From an uncultured Ignavibacteriales bacterium (lineage in GTDB: Bacteria > Zixibacteria > MSB-5A5 > GN15 > FEB-12): a DNA stretch of 64,000 bases. Position numbers and translations under genes: made by a program. Position 1 is the first letter of the stretch; the number at the start of each line of letters is the position of its first letter. Below are positions 1 to 9,616 of this stretch, in pieces. The stretch is taken from positions 80,951 through 144,950 of the forward strand of contig CAYNEO010000002.1 in assembly GCA_964396245.1 (NCBI GenBank). Reading direction: 5' to 3'. The notes beneath the pieces are model-generated. The model saw only the letters and a list, made by a program, of their open reading frames with translations, did no database searches and was not told where the DNA came from.

Positions 1-214
1 ACTCGGAAGTAACATAGGTGTGACGTTTTTCGTCGTCTTTTGTCTCGTTGTAATCGAGGTCGTGTAACAGCCCGGTCAATCCCCAGAATTCCACGTCCTC
101 GCCGAGATGCTCGGCGACCTTTCGCATACCGGCTTCGACAGCAAGGATATGTTTGAGGAGATTGTTGACGCCGATTTTTTCGACAACGAGATCATAGGCC
201 TGTTGGCGCGTCAT
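1..214 (-). CDS. HD/HDIG-domain metal-dependent phosphohydrolase, N-terminal part only (gene runs off the left window edge)
   Basis: Minus-strand reading from the ATG at 214..212 gives MTRQQAYDLVVEKIGVNNLLKHILAVEAGMRKVAEHLGEDVEFWGLTGLLHDLDYNETKDD. It contains the HD dyad (LLHDLDY). An in-frame alternative ATG lies at 226. A TTGACA-17-TTTATT promoter-like pair lies at 263..235. The ORF is absent from the track because the window edge truncates it. Confidence 0.6.
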   Translation of the reverse strand, partial: MTRQQAYDLVVEKIGVNNLLKHILAVEAGMRKVAEHLGEDVEFWGLTGLLHDLDYNETKDDEKRHTYVTSE

Positions 215-329
215 TGGTAATTGCATAATGACGAAATAAAGGTCCCTGTGCGGGGAGTGTCAAGGGGAGTTCTTTTGACCCATCAAAGGATGCGATCCGC
301 TATTTCGGGGAGAGAAGCAAACCGCGCGT

Positions 330-2342
330 TTAATTGAGGAAGTCCCAACTGAAACCGAAGAAGTTGTAGCGACCGGGCTGAAGGAAGTAATCGCGCTCCT
401 GGTACTGAGTCGAGAAGACGTTCTGGATCACCCAGTGAAATCGGAAACTTCGCATTTTGAAGGAGAGCGTGGCATTCACAATCGGCTTATTGCCGAGATC
501 TTTCTCGACATACCCGTCGTACGGTCCAACATAGACGAGCTCGCCATATGCGAAAAAGTGAATGAGACGTTGCTTCCAGTAGATATGCAGTTCGAGGCCG
601 GAGAATAGCTGGTAATCGGGGCTGTAGGCTTTATCAGCGAAAGTCGTGTAATCGATGTAGTGATACGCGCCGCCGGCCTTGAAATGCAAAATGTCGGCGA
701 TTTTCACTTTCTTGGTAAGGGCCGTATTCAGGAAGTTTATGGATCCGTTCTCCGGCGAGAAAAGCGTGAAAGCCGAGGTCCCGTTTGACGCGAGCCGATG
801 ATGCCAGTCAATACCGTCCTTAATTCGCCCGCCGGTGACAGAGAGACTGAGGCTGTTTTCGACTGAGCCAATCTGAATATCGGCGTTCGCCACGAGTTGT
901 TTCTCACTCAAAAGGTCCGGGTTGCCTTCGTCGGCATAACCGAGCGAGGATGTTCCGTACAGCGCCACAGTCTGAAAGCGCAAGTGCAGTTCGTGAAGAG
1001 TCGGCGCGCGCTCGGCATAGCCAAGAGAGAACATCGCCGAGAACCGGTCAGATTCAGTGAAGAGCATACCGGCGAGACGCGGAAGGAATCCGAATTCCTC
1101 GACAAATTGACCGCCGGCCGTAAGAGCATATCTCCATCCTGCGGACAGTGATGACAGGTTGAAATTGACGTCGGAGCTCAGTCGCGTAAACTTGCGGTAT
1201 GCGTCGTCGTATTTGAGGTAGTTCCCGGTCAACTCCGCCTTGATGACTTTCGATCCGGAGAACCAGGTTCGAGAGACGTGCCCCCCATCGCCGGTGTAGT
1301 TAAAATTCCCGTAGTAGAAGCGCATCAGGCGTGAGGCTTGCCTGAGATGGGAGAAGCCTAATTCGTACCCGGCCGTTCTCTGCTCGTTGTTGTAAACCAG
1401 CGAGATGTCGGCGCTTCGGTCAATGCGGCTTCGTTGAACCGCCTGTCCCCCGGCATCCGGGCGCACAGCCAGATATCCTTCGCGATCATAGAGGCGACCG
1501 TTAGCTTTTACGGCAACTGAGCGGCTCAATGGCCAGAAGACATCGGCATAATAGTGATAGGCATCATCGTTGCGGTACAAAAACGGGCCATCCGCCAGCC
1601 GGTATCCGAGTGACAGGTTCATTTCCCGGCCGCTGACAAACTCCTTCTGGTAGCGGGCGCGGGCATATGAATATCCGAAGGAGCCCTTGTCGACGAGAAG
1701 GGCGCTTTGGGGTGCGAATGACTCGGGTTTCTCGGGCAGGGTGATCATGGAAGCCACCACCTGGTTGCCGCCAAAGACCGCCCCGGCCGGACCCGGCAGG
1801 ATATAGATGTTGTGATCGAGTGCGGTCGGGAAATCGTTAAAATCAAGCAACCCGTCCGGCTCGATAATATGTTCGAACGGATGTACCGAATGGGAGCCGA
1901 TAAGGACGTTCATCCGGTCCCCTGACAGGGCAAAAGGCTGAACGGTCGTGCGCATGGGAGTCGATTGGTAGTTCAAAACGAAAAATGATGGATCCGAGCG
2001 GAAATAACCACCGGCATCTTTGTAGGATGATCGCTCTACCTGGTCGTGGTAATTGAACCTGCGAGACGTGAAATGGGCCGTCAGGGAATCGAAGTAGGAA
2101 ATAAACGGTTTAGGTGCGAGCAGAGTATCCTGAATTTTCTGGCGGCGCTTCTGAAAATCCTCAAGTGCTTTCTCTGCTTCGGAAAGGGTATCAGCCGCGC
2201 TCGTATCCGCCAGGCCGCACGTATCGCACGGCGCAATAATGACGGACTTCAAGGTATCCACCCGGGTCGTGTCGGACTCCTGCGCCGAAACCGACATCGA
2301 GAAAAAGAAAACGAAGGCCGCGCTTATCAGGTACTTTCCCAT
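330..2342 (-). CDS. TonB-dependent-receptor-like outer-membrane beta-barrel protein
   Basis: ORF track 330..2522. I trimmed the start to the ATG at 2342, which gives the signal peptide MGKYLISAAFVFFFSMSVSAQE. A plug-like segment (GPAGAVFGGNQVVASMITL) precedes a long Y/G/F-rich alternating beta-strand region. The start overlaps the end of the upstream ORF by 16 nt. Confidence 0.55.
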   Translation of the reverse strand: MGKYLISAAFVFFFSMSVSAQESDTTRVDTLKSVIIAPCDTCGLADTSAADTLSEAEKALEDFQKRRQKIQDTLLAPKPFISYFDSLTAHFTSRRFNYHDQVERSSYKDAGGYFRSDPSFFVLNYQSTPMRTTVQPFALSGDRMNVLIGSHSVHPFEHIIEPDGLLDFNDFPTALDHNIYILPGPAGAVFGGNQVVASMITLPEKPESFAPQSALLVDKGSFGYSYARARYQKEFVSGREMNLSLGYRLADGPFLYRNDDAYHYYADVFWPLSRSVAVKANGRLYDREGYLAVRPDAGGQAVQRSRIDRSADISLVYNNEQRTAGYELGFSHLRQASRLMRFYYGNFNYTGDGGHVSRTWFSGSKVIKAELTGNYLKYDDAYRKFTRLSSDVNFNLSSLSAGWRYALTAGGQFVEEFGFLPRLAGMLFTESDRFSAMFSLGYAERAPTLHELHLRFQTVALYGTSSLGYADEGNPDLLSEKQLVANADIQIGSVENSLSLSVTGGRIKDGIDWHHRLASNGTSAFTLFSPENGSINFLNTALTKKVKIADILHFKAGGAYHYIDYTTFADKAYSPDYQLFSGLELHIYWKQRLIHFFAYGELVYVGPYDGYVEKDLGNKPIVNATLSFKMRSFRFHWVIQNVFSTQYQERDYFLQPGRYNFFGFSWDFLN

Positions 2343-2866
2343 AAAACTTTTCTTTCCCTGACATATAAATGCCTCGTGACGCCGAACAGCAACGGGAAAA
2401 TGACCATGTTGGAAACCAGTGAAATCAGCGACCAGATGGCGCTGGAAACGAACCGAGGCCAGAATGGCTGAATAAGCCAGGCATCGACGAAATTGACCGG
2501 AATATAGAACAGAACGGTGCACAAGACGGCAGCGGCCACGAGAAAGCTGTACAGCTTACCGCTGGTCGTATGTTCCCAGTTGATTCGCTGGAATGCTGCG
2601 CCCACCAAGCCGCTCAAAGCCGCGCCGACCATCTGCGCGGCCATGACGTACGGATGAGCCGGGCCATACGGATTGAACGCACTCCAGAGGCCCATGCCGA
2701 CGAGTCCGACCGCGACACCCGGGGACGATCCCCACAGGAAGCCGGCCGAGAATACGATGAAGAAAATCAGGTTGACATTCAGCAGGTATATCGTCGCCCA
2801 TGACAGTACATAGACCAACGCCGAAAAAAGCGCGATCCTGGCGACGAGCTTTGTACCGAGGGTCAT
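2327..2866 (-). CDS. Small polytopic membrane protein, ECF-transporter S-component-like; substrate unknown
   Basis: The 179-aa product has about 5-6 hydrophobic helices and no recognisable catalytic motif. It is translationally coupled to the receptor-like gene downstream and to the protease gene upstream (4-nt overlap). Confidence 0.3.
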   Translation of the reverse strand: MTLGTKLVARIALFSALVYVLSWATIYLLNVNLIFFIVFSAGFLWGSSPGVAVGLVGMGLWSAFNPYGPAHPYVMAAQMVGAALSGLVGAAFQRINWEHTTSGKLYSFLVAAAVLCTVLFYIPVNFVDAWLIQPFWPRFVSSAIWSLISLVSNMVIFPLLFGVTRHLYVRERKVLWEST

Positions 2867-5133
2867 CGGATAACGGCGACCTTCACTTTGTCTTCGGCTA
2901 ACAGCGACTTCTTCTTGTAATCCGAATACAGACGGGCATAGCAGAGATATACGCCCGAGACGATTTCTTTACCATGCTCGTTGGTGAAATCCCACTCATC
3001 TTCGTACCAAACGACCCGGTTACCGGTGTTGGGATCAACCTCGTCATAGACCGTGGGGGTGACGTCGATCGTCCGCACGCGTTCACCGGCGACCGTAAAG
3101 ATGTCTATCACGAAGTACGGTTCCTGATATATGTCAAGGCCCACCGAATCGGTCGCCATCTGAAAGCGGAATTTCAGGTTGTCTCCGCCGAGTTCATCGA
3201 GTACGGCAGGATTAGGATACGGCAACAGCATCGCCACCGGCAGGCCGACTCTCGAGCTGTCCAGATTTCCGATCTCATTGACAATATAGCCCAGGTCTAT
3301 CGTGGTTCTGAGATTGTAGAAGCTCGCTTCCTGAGAGGCCGGCGAGAAGATGAGGGTAATGGAACGGAAACGGTTGACCCGGTACGTGGACAGGTCGACA
3401 GCCGAATACAGCGACTGCGGCAATGACGGAATCATATATGACTCAACGAGGAATGAATCCGGGATGGCATCGAGCTGGTAAATAACGCTCACGCCCCAGG
3501 GATAGGTGGCCGTAACGTTCGTGTGGGTGGCATCGAACACCCGAAGGCCTTCGTATGGACACTCCACGGTAAAAAGTGAATCCCAGACATCGTATGGATT
3601 GCCAGGGTTCAACAGGGTATCGGTGACTTCGGTGGCGCGTGATGAGTCTCCGCAGATTGTACTGCGGCGTATGCTGGGCTCGCAGTACCAGAAACGGTCC
3701 TCCTGTACGACACGGGTATCCTCGAGCCGGATATACGCTGCCGCATTGTGCTCCGGCGCATCCGGGTTGGTGTTCGGTTGGGCCGCGAAAGGATAATTCC
3801 GCCTGACTGCCATGGCTGAATCCGGGATTGGCGGGTAATTGACTCTTTCCGAAAAGCCGATACCGTTCGGTGAATAGAGAGCCCGCGGGCCGGTAAAATA
3901 GTTCCACACCGCAAATTCCGCAAACGCGGATCCAAAAGACATGGTACCGCCGCTGGCGGAGTCGATAGCCCGCTGCGCGGAAGTCAAGAACTGACCGCCG
4001 ACCGATTCGGCGCTGTATTCCCATATAGCGCGGACGATAGCCGGACCGAATTTCTCGGACAGGTAAATCGGGAAGACGACGGAGGCATACGGATGCAAGT
4101 CCAGAACCTCCATGAACTGCTGGATAGACGTCCGCGGGACATCATAGAAAAACGGCAGGTAGGAATAGTAATCGTTGATGTTGTCGTATGCGTATTCTTC
4201 CATCCACGTCGCCGACATTTCCAGCCAGTACATGTTCCCGTAGCTCTCGGTATAGTCCATGCCGAACTGGATGGCGTGGAAAAACTCGTGGGCCACAGTA
4301 ACACGAACGGCATCGAGCGGCCTGTCCCGGTATTCGCGAATACTCTGATAATCGTTATCGAGTTCGAGAAATGCCGGGACAACCTGGTAATTGGTAGCAG
4401 GATCGGGCCGGCAGTCGTATTCCGGAAATGTCTGGCCAAAGATATTGGCGCTGAGGTTACGGACATAGATGTCATACTTGGCATCTTCCCCGTCCGTGCA
4501 TTGCGAATCCGGCGCCGGGGCGGGGAAACCGAGACCATTAATGACCTTATTGTATACCGAATCAGCTATCAGCGCCATACTCTCGATATAGTTTGGCACA
4601 CCGTCACCATCCGAGTCGACGCTCGACTGGTAGACCGAATCCGTGCCGGTCTTCGAATAGTGGATCCGGAAGTGCCCCTCGGGGCTGTCATAGAACAGGG
4701 GCAAATCGGGTCGGACAATATCCTGCACGCCGAGCGACAGTAACAAGTCTTTGTCGAGCTTGTCGCGGTTATTGAGAAACTGCAGGATTGCCGGGGTTCC
4801 GCTCTTGATCGGCAGTGAGTCGTCGGCCGGCGCCGTCTCGCCAAGAGCCTCGGGTCTCTTGCCCGCCTGCCCGGTGACATAGAGGTAATTATTGATAATA
4901 CGAATCTGTTCTTCCCGGGTGAGTTCTCTGGCGGCAGTGCTCTGACCCGGCCGCTCGGCCCTGGATTGCGGCAGAGAGTCGGGAACGTATGCACTGACGG
5001 ATGTCTGATCAAATGATGTGGAGACGCCGGAGTTTGCTGTGATTTGTTGCTGCGACGCCGCCGACGCATGCCCGGCGAAGCCGACGCTTCCGATCAGGAA
5101 TATGGCTACGATGAAGATATTCAGTGGTCTCAA
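2863..5133 (-). CDS. Secreted HExxH zinc metalloprotease with a T9SS-type C-terminal sorting domain
   Basis: Signal peptide MRPLNIFIVAIFLIGSVGFAGHASA. Zinc motif VAHEFFHAIQ. The C-terminal ~90 aa (PYPNPAV ... SGVYLCYARL ... VKVAVIR) resembles Por/T9SS CTD or FlgD-Ig-like tails. Confidence 0.6.
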   Translation of the reverse strand: MRPLNIFIVAIFLIGSVGFAGHASAASQQQITANSGVSTSFDQTSVSAYVPDSLPQSRAERPGQSTAARELTREEQIRIINNYLYVTGQAGKRPEALGETAPADDSLPIKSGTPAILQFLNNRDKLDKDLLLSLGVQDIVRPDLPLFYDSPEGHFRIHYSKTGTDSVYQSSVDSDGDGVPNYIESMALIADSVYNKVINGLGFPAPAPDSQCTDGEDAKYDIYVRNLSANIFGQTFPEYDCRPDPATNYQVVPAFLELDNDYQSIREYRDRPLDAVRVTVAHEFFHAIQFGMDYTESYGNMYWLEMSATWMEEYAYDNINDYYSYLPFFYDVPRTSIQQFMEVLDLHPYASVVFPIYLSEKFGPAIVRAIWEYSAESVGGQFLTSAQRAIDSASGGTMSFGSAFAEFAVWNYFTGPRALYSPNGIGFSERVNYPPIPDSAMAVRRNYPFAAQPNTNPDAPEHNAAAYIRLEDTRVVQEDRFWYCEPSIRRSTICGDSSRATEVTDTLLNPGNPYDVWDSLFTVECPYEGLRVFDATHTNVTATYPWGVSVIYQLDAIPDSFLVESYMIPSLPQSLYSAVDLSTYRVNRFRSITLIFSPASQEASFYNLRTTIDLGYIVNEIGNLDSSRVGLPVAMLLPYPNPAVLDELGGDNLKFRFQMATDSVGLDIYQEPYFVIDIFTVAGERVRTIDVTPTVYDEVDPNTGNRVVWYEDEWDFTNEHGKEIVSGVYLCYARLYSDYKKKSLLAEDKVKVAVIR

Positions 5134-5966
5134 TGTTCGCCTCGTATTTTCGCTGCTCGTTCTTTCAAGCGGAAGAGATAATCAACCGGGACGGGCTGAG
5201 AACCGATGGACTCGGTTCTGCCGCCACGCCCGTGATAATCGGAGCCGCCCGACAGGACAAGTTTGTACCGTTTTGCCAATCGTTTTATATGACGAATGTC
5301 GTTATCTGCCGTTGTATAGTGATACACCTCAATACCGTCCAGGCCGAAATCGACCAGTTGTTCGAGATACCGGATCATGTTGTCGAGAAGCGGATGGGCC
5401 ATTACGGCCACACCACCCGCATTGTGAATCAGCTTGATCGCTTCCTCGGGGGTCATCTTGGCCTTTGGAACGTACGCGGGGCCGTCCTTGCCGATATACT
5501 TCTGAAAGGCCTCGTTGTAGCTCGCGGTCAGCTTCAGCCGATGCAGCGCTTCGGCGATGTGTGGCCGTCCTACGACCGAGTTGCCGGCGCTCTCCAGAAC
5601 GGCGTCGTATGGTAATTCGAGGCCCAACTTGCCGAGCTTTTCGGTTATCAGACGACCGCGACGGTCCCTTTCCTTCTGGAAAGTAGTGAGCGACGTATTG
5701 AACGTTTCATCATCGGGATCAAACAGGTAGGCCAGCAAATGCAAATCTGAGCCTTCGATAAGCACGGAGAGTTCAACACCGACAATAAGTTCCGGATCCT
5801 CCGGCGAGAGGAGTTCCCCGACCGCATGATAACCATCGAGCGTATCGTGATCCGTGATGGAGAAAGCGGCAAGTTCGCGCTCGCGGACCATATCCAGCAC
5901 TTCAGACGGGCTGCTCAGTCCGTCTGAGACCGATGTATGTATGTGCAAGTCGATAATCGGACTCAT
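5130..5966 (-). CDS. PHP-domain metal-dependent phosphoesterase (TrpH/YciV-like)
   Basis: N-terminus MSPIIDLHIHTSVSDG, followed by ITDHDT, MAHP and GGSDYHG PHP motifs. Confidence 0.8.
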   Translation of the reverse strand: MSPIIDLHIHTSVSDGLSSPSEVLDMVRERELAAFSITDHDTLDGYHAVGELLSPEDPELIVGVELSVLIEGSDLHLLAYLFDPDDETFNTSLTTFQKERDRRGRLITEKLGKLGLELPYDAVLESAGNSVVGRPHIAEALHRLKLTASYNEAFQKYIGKDGPAYVPKAKMTPEEAIKLIHNAGGVAVMAHPLLDNMIRYLEQLVDFGLDGIEVYHYTTADNDIRHIKRLAKRYKLVLSGGSDYHGRGGRTESIGSQPVPVDYLFRLKERAAKIRGEH

Positions 5967-5969
5967 TCA

Positions 5970-7478
5970 TCAAAGCTTGGACTCGACCGTCTGTCTGATC
6001 TCAGTCGCAAGCTTCTCTCCCTTCTGCCTGATCTCATCCACCTCCCGATTCATGTTGTCGATGTAGTCCTGATCTTTGAGACTGCCCAGATTGATCCGGA
6101 CATTATACCCGGCGCCTTCAATTGCGGCCTGCCCCATCAAGCCGGACACACCGGCATCGCTGACAGAGTTGACATTTCCCTTCCGGGCGACGACCAGAGC
6201 CAGCTCCAGACCTTCGAGCGCCTTTTTCATTACTTTGAGCGGCACCTCGGCGGCGTGCCTGGTAGCGCCTTCCAGTATCGTGTCCCGGTCGGGTGACTTG
6301 AAGGCAGCCATAACAGCGCTGAACGCCGCCTCGTCTTCTTCTATCAGGTGCTGGAGCTCGTCTCTCAATTTATCAGCTTTGTCGCGCACTTCGGTGAGCT
6401 CCTGCTTCACCTCGGCATAGGCCTTCTTGCCGACAGTGAGCCGACAGACCATAGCCGTCAATGCCGCCGAGAGAGCGCCCGCAGCGGCCGCCACCGAACC
6501 TCCGCCGGGGGCGGGCGATGATGAGGCTACCTCATCGAAAAAGCTGTCGCCACCGGCGGCCGCCGTTCCGGCTGATCCCACCGAGGTCAATTTCTCTTCA
6601 AGAATCTGGTCTTTGCTGAAATGTTCCAGCCGCAGATAAAAATCGGCAACATCGACGATGGCCTGGTTAGGCAGGAGTCCGACCACCTCCGAGGAGGTGA
6701 CATTAACGCCGTACCGGGCGGCTTCGCTCTTGATGGTTTCAAAAACGCGGAAGATAGGCGTCTTGGTATAATTGACCAGGTTCATGGAAATCTGCACCTG
6801 GTCGCGTTCCTTGATTTCGAATCCGAGCGCCTTGACAAAACGGTAGCCGCCTTTAAGACTGCGCACGGCGTCAGCGATATTATCGGCTATGGATTTCTTG
6901 TTGGTATCGAGATAGACATTGAACGCTACGAGCGGGAACCGCACGCCGATAGCCGTCGCGCCCGCCTTGAGGTTCATCTTTGCCGGACCGTAATCCGGTT
7001 TGCGGGCAGGATCTGTCTCTATCGTATCGCGAATTCCCTCGTACTCACCCTTCCGAACGTTGGCGAGATTACGACGCTTGGGAGTCGTACGGGCCTCTTC
7101 GTAGAGGTATACCGGTATCTGCAGTTCTTCGCCGACTTTCTGGCCGAGCTTGTTGGCCAATTCGATAGCGTCCTCGCTGGTTACCTCCGATATGGGGATG
7201 AACGGACAGACATCGCAGGCGCCCATGCGCGGATGTTCACCCTCGTGGGTCTGCATATCGATAAGTTCGGCCGCTTTCCGGTAACCGCGGAAAGCCGCCT
7301 CGACAGCCAGCGATGGATGACAGACGAACGTCACAACCGCACGATTGTGGTCTGCATCCATCTCCTTGTCGAGCAGGGTTACGCCTTCGACCGATGTAAT
7401 GGCGTCACATATTGCATCAATGACTTCAGGACGACGCCCTTCAGAAAAATTCGGAACACATTCTATCAACTTCGCCAT
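5970..7478 (-). CDS. ftcD: Bifunctional glutamate formimidoyltransferase / formimidoyl-THF cyclodeaminase (fused FTCD-type)
   Basis: N-terminus MAKLIECVPNFSEGRR is typical of formiminotransferases. The C-terminal ~190 aa is alanine-rich and helical (GGGSVAAAAGALSAALTAMV) as in cyclodeaminases. It is a single 502-aa ORF. Confidence 0.8.
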   Translation of the reverse strand: MAKLIECVPNFSEGRRPEVIDAICDAITSVEGVTLLDKEMDADHNRAVVTFVCHPSLAVEAAFRGYRKAAELIDMQTHEGEHPRMGACDVCPFIPISEVTSEDAIELANKLGQKVGEELQIPVYLYEEARTTPKRRNLANVRKGEYEGIRDTIETDPARKPDYGPAKMNLKAGATAIGVRFPLVAFNVYLDTNKKSIADNIADAVRSLKGGYRFVKALGFEIKERDQVQISMNLVNYTKTPIFRVFETIKSEAARYGVNVTSSEVVGLLPNQAIVDVADFYLRLEHFSKDQILEEKLTSVGSAGTAAAGGDSFFDEVASSSPAPGGGSVAAAAGALSAALTAMVCRLTVGKKAYAEVKQELTEVRDKADKLRDELQHLIEEDEAAFSAVMAAFKSPDRDTILEGATRHAAEVPLKVMKKALEGLELALVVARKGNVNSVSDAGVSGLMGQAAIEGAGYNVRINLGSLKDQDYIDNMNREVDEIRQKGEKLATEIRQTVESKL

Positions 7479-7636
7479 ACTTCAACTCCATGGGAATCCA
7501 ATTCTATGAGCACCTATGCCATCATTATCTACAAGTAGTCCAGGTGTCCCCGCGCACCCGGGAAACGGAGTAACGGGAGAAGTCTCCCGGCCGGATATGT
7601 AATTGAGGGAATTCACAATCCGATCCCGCACCGACG

Positions 7637-8494
7637 CTAGTAATCAAAGATCTCGCCGAGTTGAAAATCCGTGAGTTCGGCTGAGATCGAGCCAACCACG
7701 ACTTTGGATTTCATCAGGACCGGCATCTTAATGTAATCGTCCGTCAACCAGACCTTCAGTCGTCCTTCTTGTTTGAACACTCCCACGTTTTCGCTCAGAG
7801 GTTCGACGACAATGCAATCAAAGGTTCCGGCGTCAACAGAAATCGTCTCCTTCTTCAGAACCTGAACTTCAAGGTGATATTTCTTACCGTCGACGAAATT
7901 ATCCACGTAAATCGACTTGCCGACTTCCAGTGGCTGCGTCCTGACGTAATACAGGGTCGAGAGCGCATCCTGAACGTAAGCTCCGACATCGACGGTATCC
8001 CCGTCGTAATAGACTACATTTTCACGCTGTCCGAAACTGTAAGTGTTGTCAGCCCGGTAATTCCCCTCGCGAAGATTTTTCGAAAATCGCCACGAGAAGA
8101 CGCCGAGAGCATCGACAATAGACTCTATGCGGTCATCCACGCGGTAGAAATTCGAGAAAAAGCTGTTCGACCCGGCATGGGTAACGATCTGGTAACAGGG
8201 GCGACCCTGGTATTCAATCAGCCGCTCAACTTCCATCGTGGCCGAGCCGGCATTTATAAATCCGTAGTTGATGTCAAAAAACAGCTTTTCACCGACGCCG
8301 AAAGCGACATTCTCGATATAGCGATCAAAATTCGGCTCTTGAACCGGCGTCACACTGACGGCCGCGGGGTCTTCCTGGGCAAAACCTATCTGCACCCACA
8401 GAAAATATACAAAGGGAAACAACCCGGCCAGAAAGACAAGCGCCAGGAACAACTTTTGTAGCCGGGAATGTTCAGGCATCTTTCTGTTTCTCAT
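7637..8494 (-). CDS. DUF3108-like secreted/periplasmic protein
   Basis: An N-terminal hydrophobic anchor is followed by beta-rich sequence with YxF/YYD patterns reminiscent of DUF3108. An alternative start (MPEHS) lies 15 nt in. Confidence 0.45.
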   Translation of the reverse strand: MRNRKMPEHSRLQKLFLALVFLAGLFPFVYFLWVQIGFAQEDPAAVSVTPVQEPNFDRYIENVAFGVGEKLFFDINYGFINAGSATMEVERLIEYQGRPCYQIVTHAGSNSFFSNFYRVDDRIESIVDALGVFSWRFSKNLREGNYRADNTYSFGQRENVVYYDGDTVDVGAYVQDALSTLYYVRTQPLEVGKSIYVDNFVDGKKYHLEVQVLKKETISVDAGTFDCIVVEPLSENVGVFKQEGRLKVWLTDDYIKMPVLMKSKVVVGSISAELTDFQLGEIFDY

Positions 8495-8978
8495 CTATGA
8501 GTTTTACAATCTCAGGCAGATGTTTGCCCAGGTATTCGGCTATCTCGAGAAAGGTCTCGTTGTACCTGTCCAGCGACTGGCCGATCGGATCATCCACCCC
8601 TTCCCCGTCCGGGTCGTGGTCGGGAAAGTTCTTCAGCAGATAGGTCTTGTCTCCGGCTGCGGGATCAAGAAAAAGAACTTCCTGCACGTGCTGCGGAGTC
8701 ATACCGAATATAAGGTCAGCCTCCTCGATCAAGCGCCGGGTCAGGGGTTGGGAACTGTGCTGTGACAAATCTCCGTCCCAGAGTTTGACCGCTTCCTGCG
8801 CGTATGCTGTCGCCGGGTAGCCGGTGGCGGCCGATGTTCCCGCCGAGACAATTCTGAATTGACCCGGCCGCTCTTTCGATAAAAGCACCCGCAAGCCGGC
8901 CTCCGCCATGGGAGAACGACAGGTATTTCCGGTGCAGACAAAGAGTATCACGAATGTCTTGTCGTTTCCCTGGGTCAA
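8472..8978 (-). CDS. Low-molecular-weight protein tyrosine (or arginine) phosphatase
   Basis: The CX5R(S) P-loop is present as VCTGNTCRSPMAE. The protein is 168 aa and has a downstream Asp-Pro region. Confidence 0.85.
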   Translation of the reverse strand: MTQGNDKTFVILFVCTGNTCRSPMAEAGLRVLLSKERPGQFRIVSAGTSAATGYPATAYAQEAVKLWDGDLSQHSSQPLTRRLIEEADLIFGMTPQHVQEVLFLDPAAGDKTYLLKNFPDHDPDGEGVDDPIGQSLDRYNETFLEIAEYLGKHLPEIVKLIDEKQKDA

Positions 8979-9616
8979 CAGTTCACCTTTCGCACAACGG
9001 CCGAGAGCTGTTCACGCGATATGGCCCCTTCGCGAAGAACCCGAACCTCGCCATCCGAACAGTCCACCACGGTCGACGGAGGCAGCTCGAGATTTCCGGC
9101 ATCAAGAATAAGGTCTACACCTTCCGGGAAAACTGCGGCGACGTCTTCGGCGCTCACACTTTCCGATTCGCCCGAACGATTTGCGGATGTAGCTGACAAT
9201 GGAAAATCGCACGCGTCCACGAGGTTCGCGATAACCGGCGACGATGAAATTCGCAGACCGATTTTACTAGCTACGACCACAGGGGCGTTTCCGGGAGTTC
9301 GTGCTCGAAGAATCAATGTCAGAGGACCCGGAAGAAACGCCGCCGCCACCTGTTCGGCAACAGTGTTCATCTCGGCGTGCCCGGCCATCTCGTCGATGCT
9401 TCCAACGAAAATCGCCGTGGGCATGGAAACGGGCCGATTCTTCAACCGATACAATCGGTCCAGCGCCTGCTGAGAATCCGCCCTGGCAAGCAGGCCGTAG
9501 CGAGTCTCGGTAGGCGCGACGACGACGGCGCCGTCGCGCAGAAGACCGGCCGCCCGATCAATGAGGGCGCGGTCCGGCGATTTTGGGTCAATCTTTACGA
9601 TGCGCTCATCTATCAT
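8975..9616 (-). CDS. tsaC: L-threonylcarbamoyladenylate synthase (TsaC/YwlC/Sua5-domain)
   Basis: Motifs APTETRYGL, YRLKNRP and SATSANRSG are present. The ATGA start/stop overlaps both neighbours. Confidence 0.8.
   Translation of the reverse strand: MIDERIVKIDPKSPDRALIDRAAGLLRDGAVVVAPTETRYGLLARADSQQALDRLYRLKNRPVSMPTAIFVGSIDEMAGHAEMNTVAEQVAAAFLPGPLTLILRARTPGNAPVVVASKIGLRISSSPVIANLVDACDFPLSATSANRSGESESVSAEDVAAVFPEGVDLILDAGNLELPPSTVVDCSDGEVRVLREGAISREQLSAVVRKVNC

Noticed and set aside
2343-2522. N-terminal extensions of track ORFs: 330..2522, 49231..50175, 31057..31971, 25010..26263, 21129..22481 and 17578..18216.
   Set aside because: The extensions overlap upstream genes and lack protein-like sequence. 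Internal starts give proper signal, Tat or lipoprotein peptides or RBS spacing, so I trimmed the starts.
7612-7618. An isolated TTCACAA half-site lies upstream of ftcD. Another TCACA half-site lies at 60336..60340.
   Set aside because: The partner half-site matches only 3/7 (or 1/5) positions. A single half-site is expected by chance.
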